From NCBI GenBank assembly GCA_047967505.1, contig CM106538.1: a DNA stretch of 64,000 nt. One strand, 5' to 3'. The translations under genes were made by a program, and so were the position numbers. This document shows positions 9,947 through 21,126 of the stretch, in pieces; position 1 is the first letter of the stretch, and each line of letters opens with the position of its first letter. This stretch comes from Dipteris shenzhenensis. Lineage: Eukaryota. The notes below the pieces were generated by a model, which was given only the letters and a program-made list of their open reading frames with translations, did not search any database and was not told the DNA's origin.

Positions 9947-12816
9947 TTATATTTGGGGCTCTCTTGGGACCCAAGGCCTCCCCTGTCTGACTCTACATTG
10001 CAACCAAAGCGCAACCCCTTGGCTCCCTGTTGAGGACTTCCAAGCAGCACATCTCCTTGTCTTCTTGACATGTTGAACTGCTTTTGCGAGACTTGAGACC
10101 TCTACCTTATCGCACCTGAGAGTCCTGGCCTTCGACATCTATAAAACCAATCGAACATTTCGTGTAGTGCATTGCTTTGCACGATACCACCCCCATGCCT
10201 TGTATTCTTGAAGTATGTTGCCTTTGCTCTGTAGTGTGATTTCTCCATTCCTTGAGTATTCCAAATGGACAGAGGGCCCCATTGCTCCACAAACCATGGT
10301 GCATGTGCGTAAAGAATATGCTGTAAAGAAAAACATTGTATTAAAAACATAAACTGACTCAAGTTTAAAGCACTAAATTTCAACCTAAGGAGAATTACCA
10401 TGTAATGTGTAATATGTGACTCCCCCCATGCTTCTACCATCAATGATATGAATTCTTCCAATGTTGTCTTGAATCTCTCATAATAAAGCTCATCTGTTTG
10501 ACCTTGTCTAAGCAACTTTTATAAATGCATCAAGATTTGTCCACAGTTTTGCTCTCAAAGTAGCAATTCGTGGATGTGAAGCTTGATTTGTGGTGCACTC
10601 ACACAAAGCTTTCCAGTACTCCCAACCTAGGGTGCTTTGAGCCAATGTATGTTTTTCTTTATCAGCATTGTGGTTGGACAAGAACCTCCTTGCCTTTCCT
10701 CCACCCATGGACACTTTAGCAGGAAGATTTTGTGTCTTTCTCGATTGTATCTTGTCTTGCTTAAGCTTCACATTGCCTCCGTGAAGTCCCATTAGCGAGA
10801 GTAGTTCTTTAGCTTTTGCAATGCATTGTGCAGATACTTGTTGTGGCCTCAAATTCCAAGCATAAACTAGATGGAGATAGAGTAACTTATCAAGTATATG
10901 CAGTTCAGCATGCAAAGTATACACGTGTACTTGCTCAAATGGAATTGGTAGAATGGGGTCCCACTTAGGATCCTTTTTGTGATGATCAGGGGCTGCAATT
11001 TGGTTGCAAGAAAGGATGCCATTTTCCCACTATAGGCTTCTCTTTTGCATCTTCTGAGAGTGGGTGCAATACAAGCATGTCCATTTTGCATCTGCACCTG
11101 TATCACAACCATACAAGCACTTGAGGGTCTTCAAATCACCAGCTAGATGCCATTCAACTTGAAACATTCCATGCCCATCCACTATTAATGTTTGCCCTAC
11201 CTCTTGTCTTCAAATAATCGACGGGATGTTGGTTCTCTCCAAAACCCACTTCAATGTCTCGTGGCACTCCTTTGGCGTCTCAAAGGCTACAAGCCACCAT
11301 ATGTCCTTCTTAGATTGGATTGAGAATCCCTGCTCAACTTCCTCATCCCCTTGAGCAAAATGCAAGGCGTCGTTCATAATACAAATGCTCAACCTCTCTA
11401 GCTTGTGCTCTTTTACCAACTAAGCTTCATTCATTTTTATAACAAATACTAACTTTCCATCCGTACAATGAAAGAGAAATACATTAAGGATATAGAAATG
11501 AGAAGAAATAAAGTTAAATGTGAAGAAGGAATTTCTCTTACCTTCTCTCATCCCATAGAATTCGATCATGGCTCTCTACAAATTCTCTACATCCACGTAA
11601 ACATTATTGAAAGCATTCATCTCAAATGTTTGGATGCCAGATTTCTTTTTACTCTTCCAAGTCATTGTGCTACTTACAGAATGGTATCCTACAAGCTTTT
11701 CTCTAGCACATTGGTTTGTTTCTTGACATGCAAGCCTTACAAACCATGGTGTTGGCAATGGAATTGTAGATATCTTACACTTCTCCTCCATAGCAGACTT
11801 GAAAATTTTTAAAACAGAGTTGTAAGCTTCACCACTTACGCCAGCAGCATCACAAGCTCCAAGCACCTCCTTTGCTTGGACAAGGCCCTTGAAATCCTTC
11901 ATTACCTCTCTAGCAACTTGTTTATGTTGCCCTTTTTGTCTAGGGTCCTACAACACTTCCATGACATCACTTGGCTTTATTAAACTTCTTAGAACATATG
12001 AAGGATCACTATCATCCATTTCCATTGTTCCCATCACAACCTCCATGAAATTCCTAAAGTAGAGTACAAATGAGTCTTAGTGGAAAGAATGCAACACCAC
12101 AAATATTTTGGAGTAAGAACTTTCATTGAAAATTTTGGGAACTAACCTTGCAGCCGTATTCTCCTCTTTCAGGCACCACTATTGGTTGACAATGCATCCA
12201 TAGATTGCAATTGCCTTTTCCTCTCCTTCAGTCCCAAAGGTGTTCCCTTCAACTTTTGTACTCGTTCTATCGACTTCTCTCGTTCCTTCTCCACAGCACG
12301 TTGAACTTGGCAATAGATAGACCTATCCAAATCTTGTTTGCTTTTAGCGAGCTTCTAGATTGATTCTTCCAATTCATGTCACTCTAGTGCATGTGCTTTG
12401 TCATTGAGTTCTTTGTCTTGCAATTAGAGATCTTGCATACTATTATGCATTGCCACGATAGTAATATTTCCGAAAGGTGCAAGTTCTTTTGCTTGGGCTC
12501 TCTGCACCTCGCTTGCTTGCATAGTCAATGTCTGAGAATGGTTCAATCGATTGCAATAACCGAGCAATCCAACATGTCCCTTGCCAACAAACCTAACAAC
12601 ATCATGCACTATATGAAAAGGAGGACTCTTTTGGGTGGCAGGGTCTAAAGGATACAAGTTTCCATCCACCCAAAGGTCAAGATGCTTCTTCCCTTGCAAT
12701 CGAAGACTGAAGAGCACACTTTGAGGAGTTCCATATATCCCAAAGAGTGTGTGCTTGCATATTCTGCCTCCAATTGTAGGTTCACATGGTACTTGTTGGT
12801 GCTCGAATGGTGCCAT
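9947..12816 (-). pseudogene. RAG1-core/Transib-like DDE transposase; multi-exon, with stops and frameshifts
   Basis: Reconstructed motifs: LVFVIKMNEA (first Asp site, N at 11429-11431); QSKKDIWWL...KECHETLKWVL; WHLAGDLKTLKCLYG...WTCLYC; PILPIPFEQVHVYTLHAELHILDKL; ITHYM|HILYAHAPWFVEQWGPLSIWNTQGMEKSH. Introns ~12054-12146, ~11463-11541 (acceptor degraded) and 10321-10398. Confidence 0.85.
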
Positions 12817-12879
12817 GAGTGCTCGAAGAGAGGTATTAGTGATCAAGCTAAAATGTAGGGGAGAGCTAGCAAAGATGGA

Positions 12880-13320
12880 GTAGTGAGAGGGAGAGAGTAG
12901 CAAGGAAGAGGGAGGAGGAGAAGCGGATGAGGGCAAGAGGAAGAGGAGGAGGAGAGTAGGGCGACATGTGTAGAAGGGAGGGAAGGAGTTGCTGTAGAAG
13001 GAAGGAGGAGGGGAGAGATGCTACAGGACAGAGGAGGAGGGGAGAGATTCTGTAGGAGGGAGGAGCAGAGGAGAGGGAGCCTGGGCGGCTGGAGAAGGAG
13101 GGGAGACAAAGGAGGGAGGAGGAGCCAGAAGGAGGAGGAGGAGGGGAGAGGGAGGAGGGAGGAGGAGGAGCAAGATGGATGAGGGGAGAGGAGGAGGGAG
13201 GGGGAGGAAGGAAGAGGTAGAGGGAGACGGAGGAGGAGGAGGGAGGGAGGAAGGGAGAGAGAGGGAGGGAGGGAGGAAGAGAGAGGGAGGGAGGGAGAGA
13301 GAGAGAGGGAGGGAGGGAGA
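12880..13320. repeat. GA/GGA purine-rich low-complexity tract
   Basis: Almost pure G/A run upstream of the transposase. Confidence 0.9.
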
Positions 13321-13970
13321 TTCAAAATTTGAAATTCAAATTTCAAAAAGTGGCCCCTTCCCTATTTGATGGGGGGAGAGGTGGGCTCAAATGTGGGATT
13401 AACCCACCTAGGTTGGGCTGGTTAGCCTCTTTGGGACCCTCCAAGCCCCTTGCATTAGCCCACTAAGCATTCCCTAATCCATTCCTTATGAGGCCCTTTT
13501 GAGACCCCAATTCTCCCCTAATGGTAAACTGCCTCCAGAAATTCCTAGATCATTTCAATCACACTTTCATTGATGGTAATCTTCTGCTGACCTTGACAGA
13601 CTAGTTGCCCCTCCTTCAGTTCATCTCCTGCACCATCCTGGTGAAGTTTTAGAGAGCATCCAAATTGGGCTCTTGAATAGCAAGAGAGGAGCTCCCATAT
13701 GTCATGATTTCAAGATCAGGGGGGGAGGGGCTCTCACGCTGTGCTGCAGAGGGGAAGGAAAGATTGTGTGAGGAGCTCCCGGACTATGCAAGGTCCATTA
13801 CGAGAGGGGATAGAAGTTGCAGGAAGAGTGCAAGGAAGAAAGAAATGGTCAAGAGGGATATAAGATGAATTAGTGAAGGAAATGAAATAGTGGAGGCTTG
13901 AGATTGCAAGGGAGAATGAAACGTTCAAGAGGGATAGAAGAGGAAACGGTTAAGGGAATGGAATAGCAGT

Positions 13971-14137
13971 TTGTAGCCCGACTACACTGTCAAGGTGAGA
14001 GCCATCGTGGTGGTTATAGCCCGACTACTGTCAAGGAAGGTGAGAGCGACCGTAGTGGTTGTAGCCTGACTACTATCAAGAAAGGTGAGAGTGACCGCGG
14101 TGGTTGTAGCCCGACTATTGTCAAGGTGAGAGCCACC
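13971..14137. repeat. Tandem repeat, ~4 copies of a 42-45 bp unit
   Basis: Recurring TAGCCCGACTACTGTCAAG...GTGAGAG. Confidence 0.85.
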
Positions 14138-14184
14138 ATCACAATGGTTGGCCCAAATTTTGAATAATTCAGGGCGGCAATACT

Positions 14185-14825
14185 GACTTGCATGGTAATG
14201 AATGATTAGAGGTGGTAACATCTAAGATTCCCAACTATGTCTGTGGTGGCGGCTAAGATCCATCGGGTTGTTAGTTAATTACCAGTCACCACAGTGGCTC
14301 GCAACTACTCAGCTTCCAATTACCACCATCGGGCTTGCATGCATGATTACTATGAGTGTAGTAAATTATGGTAATTAGGGATTAGAGGTGATTAGGCTTT
14401 ATGATTTACTTTTGTGGGAATTACTACCCGATGGTGGTGGCTATCATCAGCCACGTTTGTCGTGGCTATGATTCCACCGTGCCACCACCACCCATCATCA
14501 CGCTTTAGCATGCATGATCACTCCGAGTGCAGTAAAAATTACCAGTTACAGGGCTCGCATGCTCAGTAGAGAGGTAGAGTGCATGGTAATGAGTGATTAG
14601 ACATGGTAATGATAATTATTGCCCGATGGTGGTGGCTCTCATTAGCCACGTCTGTCATGGCTAAGATTCCACTAGGCTGGTAGTAGTTAATTACCAGCCA
14701 CCAGAGTGGCACCACATGGTGTCTTCTTCATAATTACCGTGGCTAGCCCATCTAGAAGATTTCACTATGGTGGCCTGCAATTAATATGGATGGAACCTCG
14801 GGCTCTAGCCACCGCGGTGGCTCAA
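14185..14825. repeat. Degenerate repeat array of direct and inverted GGTGGCT/AATTACCA-type blocks
   Basis: CCCGATGGTGGTGGCT..CAT.AGCCACGT at ~14427 and ~14622; GCATGGTAATGA.TGATTAGA at ~14190 and ~14581; TAGTTAATTACCAG at ~14272 and ~14684. Confidence 0.65.
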
Positions 14826-15785
14826 ACTTTATAATATATATAAGATCCATGGCATTTGACATTTTACTATGTTGCTCTAATCCGCCCATGCTCTGGTACT
14901 TTGCTCCACACTCCTCCTCTAGCTCTTTTCCACCCCTGCTTTACTTTGCTCCATGCTCCTTCCTCCAACTCTCATCACTGCATCTGCTCCCATGCTCATC
15001 TTCTGCTCACCCACTCATCTTCATCATGCCTAGTACCACCCCCCCTCAATGCTCTGTGATCCCAATAATATCTGCCTTCTCATATAAGGTGATTGCATTG
15101 CACTCACCTAAAGTAGAAATGCTGGCACTAGTGGAGACCCTTCATTCCCACAGGCGATTCCCCACACATATGAATGTCATCACCTTAGATAAAATGCTCA
15201 CAAAGGGCCTCTTTATGGTTGTGCTGTATGGGTTCCCCCTAGATGTTGACGAAGGCCTCAATATTTTCAGAGCAGAGTACTCTCGACTTGCTAGGGGGGC
15301 CAATCTGAGTCCTAGTAATGTGCATGGTCTTCAGCCTCTCCATCGTATCCTTCTTTGGCTCCCCAAAATTTTTTAATGCAACAAGCTAAACTAGCAAAAA
15401 ATTGAGTTGTACAAATTCCCTCTTGCTCAGACGAGGCTCTCAGCAATGGCTGGATGTAATCTTTTGGGCTCTCAACAATATTTTGGCTCATTGGATGTAA
15501 TGTTTTGGTCTCTAAGACATTTATGTAATCTCTTTTTGTTCAATTTGAGACTCTTAGTATGCACTATTGTTAACTTTTATATTTGTATTTGAATGGTTAT
15601 GGCTGCTACCTATAATCTTTTATTTAAGGCTCTTAGCAATTGCCGAGTTTTTATAAATGTAAGATCCTCTATTTAATTTTTTCTCGGTATAAGTTGATAA
15701 TTTTTATATAACTTGTTATTGGATGTAAATGTACATTGTAATCTTGAGGGAAGGCCTACCTCATGATGTTGATCTTAAGGGAAGG

Positions 15786-16006
15786 TGTTGAGGGACCACG
15801 CTCAATGTCATGTGATCACATGTGCATAGCACTAACACATATAGAGTTCTATAAAGGAAAGGGCTAGATGCCCTAACCCTAACCCTAAATGGGTCTGTAT
15901 ATATTCTATATTTTCAACTAAATCTAGCGTATAGTTAGTCATTTGTGGTGTGCTCTCTAGCTGTGCCCTCTCTCCTCATCTCCACTCTTCTCCTCTCCCC
16001 TCTTCA
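15786..16006 (+). repeat. Probable short LTR of a decayed element
   Basis: PPT-like AAGGGAAGG, then TGTTGAGGG...CCCTCTTCA; internal TATAAA; no partner LTR found. Confidence 0.4.
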
Positions 16007-18181
16007 TATTTTGCCACAACTCAAAATCGAAAGAAGGGAAATGAAATGAATAGAAGAAGCAAAAGTGCATCAACCCTTTTGGAACATGTTATTTCAAGTA
16101 TCCATTGACTCTGGTGAAGCTTGACACTCAACTGTAGATTTCATGCTACACCCACCCTCAACCATGGCAAAATACAAGTGCAAACCGTCCGCAAACCATA
16201 GAGACCAACACAAGTGCAAAACCGTCCACGAACACCAATTTATAACAAACCATGCATGTGACACCTTCCTCACAAAACAGCTGACAGGATCATGCATTGT
16301 CATCTCTACCAGCAAAAAATCCTCAAGGAATAGACCAAATTGCAAGTCCATCCACTCACAAACCATACATAGATCATCATCTCTTCCATTGCAAAATCCT
16401 CACCCATGCACTGAATAGCTAACAAAAGCACACGAGTAAAAGACCGCCCTCCAAAAAGAATGCCACATGGAACATCCCATGCACTTCACCAGCTAAATTC
16501 ACGCTACACGTAGAGAGCATGGAATATCCAACCACACACATGGACACCACGAAATAGCCAACTGCATGCACCAATCACGTAATTAAAACTGAAAGAATTA
16601 TCATCAAAAATAATTTCACCATCTCTAAATCTAGCCTTCACTAAGGCGTCCCCATGGCAGGCCAAAAAAGATGATGCAAAACCTAAGAAAAGTAGGAGAG
16701 ATGCACACACTCTTGACACTTTTTATGTTGCCCCACCCCCAAGGAATGACATTTGCCACAAGAAATTAGGTGCAAAGCATCTTGTTTTGCTGTGTCTAGG
16801 AGATCTGTACTACCATCAGTGGAAAACATAGGAGCCATTGACAAAGCCTCCATTCGGGAAGAGGGAAACTTAACTGCTACTAGAGGGTAGATATCCACTC
16901 CTTCCTATGTCTGGCCAGGCATTGTTCCGGCCATTTTTTAGGCTAAAGCGATCCTTCTTGCACACAGGATCTCATTATGCATACCCATAGCTCTTACATA
17001 ACCAGAGAGACTCAAATTAGCTACAAACTGCATTGGACAAAAGGCAATAGGATTGAAGTATTGTTGTCTTGCAAGCTTAGTCACAAGTCAAAAAAGCGAG
17101 ATGGCAAAAAGTGAGGGAAAATAAGGAACCATAATAGCTCCGAAAGAATCCAATATGTGAGATAAACAATTATAGATACATGCAACGAGGGAGCTGGTTA
17201 GTGTGTGCCTTAGCTTCTCCAACTGCAACATGCATCACTCACTTGTCTCCATTCTCTACTATCACCTCTTCCTGATGAGCTCCAAAGCAACTCATAGTTC
17301 ATGAGGCTCTCATATAACTAGTTAAAGAAGGAAAGGTTGAGTTAAATCAGACCTTTAGCTTCGGCCCTTTCGCGCATCCTCGTACAAATCTATGAAGCAC
17401 AAAGATTCTCGTGTTAAGCACAAATCTATCTTAGCTCCTAGAGCATTGTTGCACATTTCCAAGCCCTGTTCAAGAGATTTTAGTTGAAGTCATTACAAGG
17501 TGTTTTCTCTATGGTAGTGGCATGCTAGTTGAGTGATCCATAACCTCACATTTAACCTTACTGGTACAAGCAAACAAATGGGTAGACAAAGAGGTTGGTA
17601 TCCCTGACCAATCTTCATCTTTGTCGATGCATAGAAGCAAGGATGTTACCACTATTCCTACTTTGAGGACATCTCATCGTTGCCCACTCTTGTCGGTTCA
17701 TCTACAAAAAACAAGCCTCTTATCGTGTGCATTTTGTGCTCGCCAAAGTGAAGAGATCACCTAAATTAGATCAGAATTACACCATTCTGGCATCCTACCA
17801 CACCGGTTGTAACAAAATCAACCTAGTGCCATCACTTACTACCCAATCATCTGATTACTTCATTGCTCTCTAAGTCACTGCTCTCCATCAATGCATATTC
17901 AAATTGTAGGACTTGCCAAAAACATAATTTTCCTCCATGGGAAGGCCTCCCTAAAATGCCTTTGAGCCACAAATAAATATGAAAGGACCAAATATCCTAA
18001 AAATCAATTTTCTCTTTTGAAGGACTTAAACCTTCACTTAGTCCTACCCTTAAGGGTAGGCCAAAAAAGCCTATATTTTTCTACAAGTCTTACAATTGAG
18101 AGTTTCCTTCCAATAAAGGTTTGTTGAAAGTAACTAATATATTTATATAGTATTTTTTTGTAGAGTATACAGCTTTTTGTG

Positions 18182-18183
<2 letters not shown>

Positions 18184-18216
<33 letters not shown>

Positions 18217-18242
18217 CATGCATGCATGCACGCACACACACA
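18184..18242. repeat. (CA)n microsatellite
   Basis: Seen directly. Confidence 0.95.
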
Positions 18243-20539
18243 TTATAAAACCTCACCCACACCCCATTCATATGCACCCATTTTGACCACGCGGCCAAGA
18301 CACCAAGCCCTAAAGTATCTAGTATTTCCAAATTTTCTATATAGCATTAAATGCTTCATAGGGCACCTACTCAATGAAAATTTGAGATTATATTCCAATG
18401 AGGCATTCCCTCTTATTAAAGTATATCTAGGAATATACATATTTTTATCTAGTACATGATTAAGTCCTACTCCATTAAAATTTGATATCGGATTTCAATC
18501 AAGCATTTACTGTCCAATGCTAAACACACCATTATGAGTACAAAACTAGAATGCACATGCTGAGTGCTCATCAGTATTAAGGATAAAAATAGATAGAGAC
18601 TTGTTTAAAGGTTATTAATTAATTAGCGGATTGGAAAGTTGGCGAGCTGTGTTTAGAGGTACTTATTTGATTATCAAATTGGAGAACCAACTTAATATGG
18701 ATTCATCTTTGATGATAAGTTAGAATTTTAGAAAATAGGCCATCTCTTAAGGAAAAAGGCTTTTTATTAGGTTGAAAAGGTATTTTATGCTAGCACTAGA
18801 GCATAGGTCCCTCTCCCACATGGCTGCTTTCGCACTTAGCTCCTTGACTAGTGTGAAGGCATGCAAACTATTTCTAGCACCCCCCCATCGTCTCGATTTG
18901 GTATGCTCCAACAATAGACATTTTGGGTTGATGAAGACAATATTGACTTGGGCTAATGGATTTCCCCTCACCTCGCCCTTCGCTTTTCTCAACTCTTGCA
19001 TTCGTTCTTCTTTTTTTTAAAAACCCTTTTCTATTTGGCCTTAGTCCTTCATTCGGCGTTGCCCTTTGTTGAAATCATGTCTCCTCATTCAAGGGGTTCA
19101 ACATTAACTCCAATTAACACTCAAGCCATGTCCTTGTAGCTTCTTGAGACTAGAGAACTCAAGTGCTGAGATATCTTGCTAATGTGAAGTAATGCATGTT
19201 GAGGGAAATGGTGAGGCCAACTCCCTCTTATGTACTTCATGATGTCTTGACTGATCTCTTTTTGGTGGAAGCCATAGAGAGAGAGCCTATAAATGGGGGT
19301 TTGGACCCAAAAGATGGAGAGGGAGGAGATGAAGGTATGATGTATCTTTGACATTCTTCCTTTTTTTTTGTGTGTTTTTCCTATTACATTACATATGGAC
19401 TAAAAGTATTGATGAAGTTGTAATTTGTTATCTATTTTACAAGGTAAAATCATCTCAAAAGATGCGGCTACTAGTTCGATGAAGAGAAGAGTAGAACCAA
19501 AAAAAAGAAGGGATATGAAGCTTCTGGGCAAGAATGTTTTGGTAGAGGACATCCAGAGGGGATGATGGACAACAAATGGACACTTAGAAGGACATACCAG
19601 AAGGGATGATGAACATGTAGAAGGTCATCCAAGAAGGGATGAAGGACAACAAGAAGGATAGTTGTGAGAAGGTGGTAGAAGCTACTGAAATTACTTTTGA
19701 TATTTCAAGCTCAACCTATGAAGATGAAGACATGCTAGATGACACGCTAATCGGTAGCTTTCTCCCAAGCGGCTCAATGAAACGGAAATTAAAGAATCCT
19801 AGGAATTCTGTGACTGAGAATGGAAAATGCCCAACCCCATTGTATAGGACAAGATCCTCAAAGCAGTGATACATTGTATTTGAGGTGGTTCTCCTATTCT
19901 TGAAAGAAATGCTCTTTGAGCTAGTTTTGTTCTTATTGTGCATAGTGCATTTTTATCAACAATCTTAGTGTTGTTACTTCTCATGTATTTTAAACTTGTA
20001 CCTTTAATGTATTTGAACTTGTTAATTTTCATGAATGTATCTACAATCCAGCAATATTGTTTTTTGTTAGTTTGCCATGTATTTAGCTTTGTGTTTCTAT
20101 CCTTCCTTATAGATGCTACTGAAAAGTGCAGCTAGCAAATTCTAGTGAAACTATCCCAGAGTTTATTTCAAGGTTTCCCTATGAGGGCCATATCATCAAT
20201 ACCATAGCATATGATTATGGACAACACCCATTTCAGCTACTCATTAGAGGATTTTATAAAAGCTATGGTGAAATGGTTGATGCTGAAAATACTATTAGAT
20301 TTATGCTGACCGATCCAGTGCCTACAAACTAGTAGGATGTGATGCAAAGAATTGCAGGGATGCTAATGGACATGTTGACAAAAATACTTACATTAAACCC
20401 ATTTTCTAAACATTTTCCCCCATTCTATGGGACTCGAAGACATCTTGTACATTGATGTATTATTACATGGTGTAATGACCCTGGGTTATGAATTATATAT
20501 GAAGAATCAATTTCATTTATTCATGTTGTTTCTTGTGAG

Positions 20540-20543
<4 letters not shown>

Positions 20544-20623
<80 letters not shown>
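20544..20623. repeat. (CT)n microsatellite
   Basis: Seen directly. Confidence 0.97.
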
Positions 20624-20626
<3 letters not shown>

Positions 20627-21049
20627 TTTTTATAGTGTTGCAATATTAGGTACACCTTTTCTTGTTTATCTAATAGTGTTGTAGTATCAAGTACTATTTT
20701 TTTATTAGTGTTGTGCACAGTATTAAGCAAAAAGGAGTGTTGCAGTATTCTTGTTTATCTATTAGTGTTGTAATATCAAGTAGAAAGGAGAGAGAAAAGG
20801 AGGGGAGTTCTACTAAAACAACTGGTTGTATTCAAGGGTGCAAAGTGGAACCATTAAGGCAACGTATCAACTTTATATAAGTTAAAGAAGAGGAACAATA
20901 CAAGTAGCAATGCAAGCACCCAAGAACTTGCCATAGCCTTTAACTTAATTGAGGCAAAAAAACTTTTTTGCTTACACAATGCCTATTTTGCAAAAAATAG
21001 AGATAAAAACTGTGCAACATTTGTCAATATGGAGCTTGAGGGGTCCCCC

Positions 21050-21126
21050 TTAGGGATAAGGGCCATATTGACAAACAATTTGACAAAAATTTATCATGTG
21101 TTTGTCAATATGGCCCTTGCCCCTAA
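21050..21126. repeat. Inverted repeat with ~28-bp arms
   Basis: TTAGGGATAAGGGCCATATTGACAAACA ... TGTTTGTCAATATGGCCCTTGCCCCTAA. Confidence 0.85.

Noticed and set aside
201-12816. Alternative genetic code (TAG/TAA = Gln) suggested by many in-frame TAG codons
   Set aside because: The GLT1 exon ORFs are open under the standard code; TE stops include TGA and come with frameshifts, as expected for C>T decay.
12843-13369. Pro/Ser/Leu-rich and Gly/Arg/Glu-rich ORFs
   Set aside because: Translation artefacts of the GA-rich low-complexity tract.
13320-13600. RSS/Transib-type TIR (CAC heptamer) for the RAG-like element
   Set aside because: No convincing heptamer-like terminus or TSD could be identified by eye, and the partner end is probably outside the window.
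13971-14137. CRISPR-like repeat array
   Set aside because: Units are contiguous and degenerate with no unique spacers; eukaryotic context with no cas genes.
15873-15890. Telomere repeat (CCCTAACCCTAACCCTAAA)
   Set aside because: Only ~3 units inside an LTR-like sequence; not a telomeric array.
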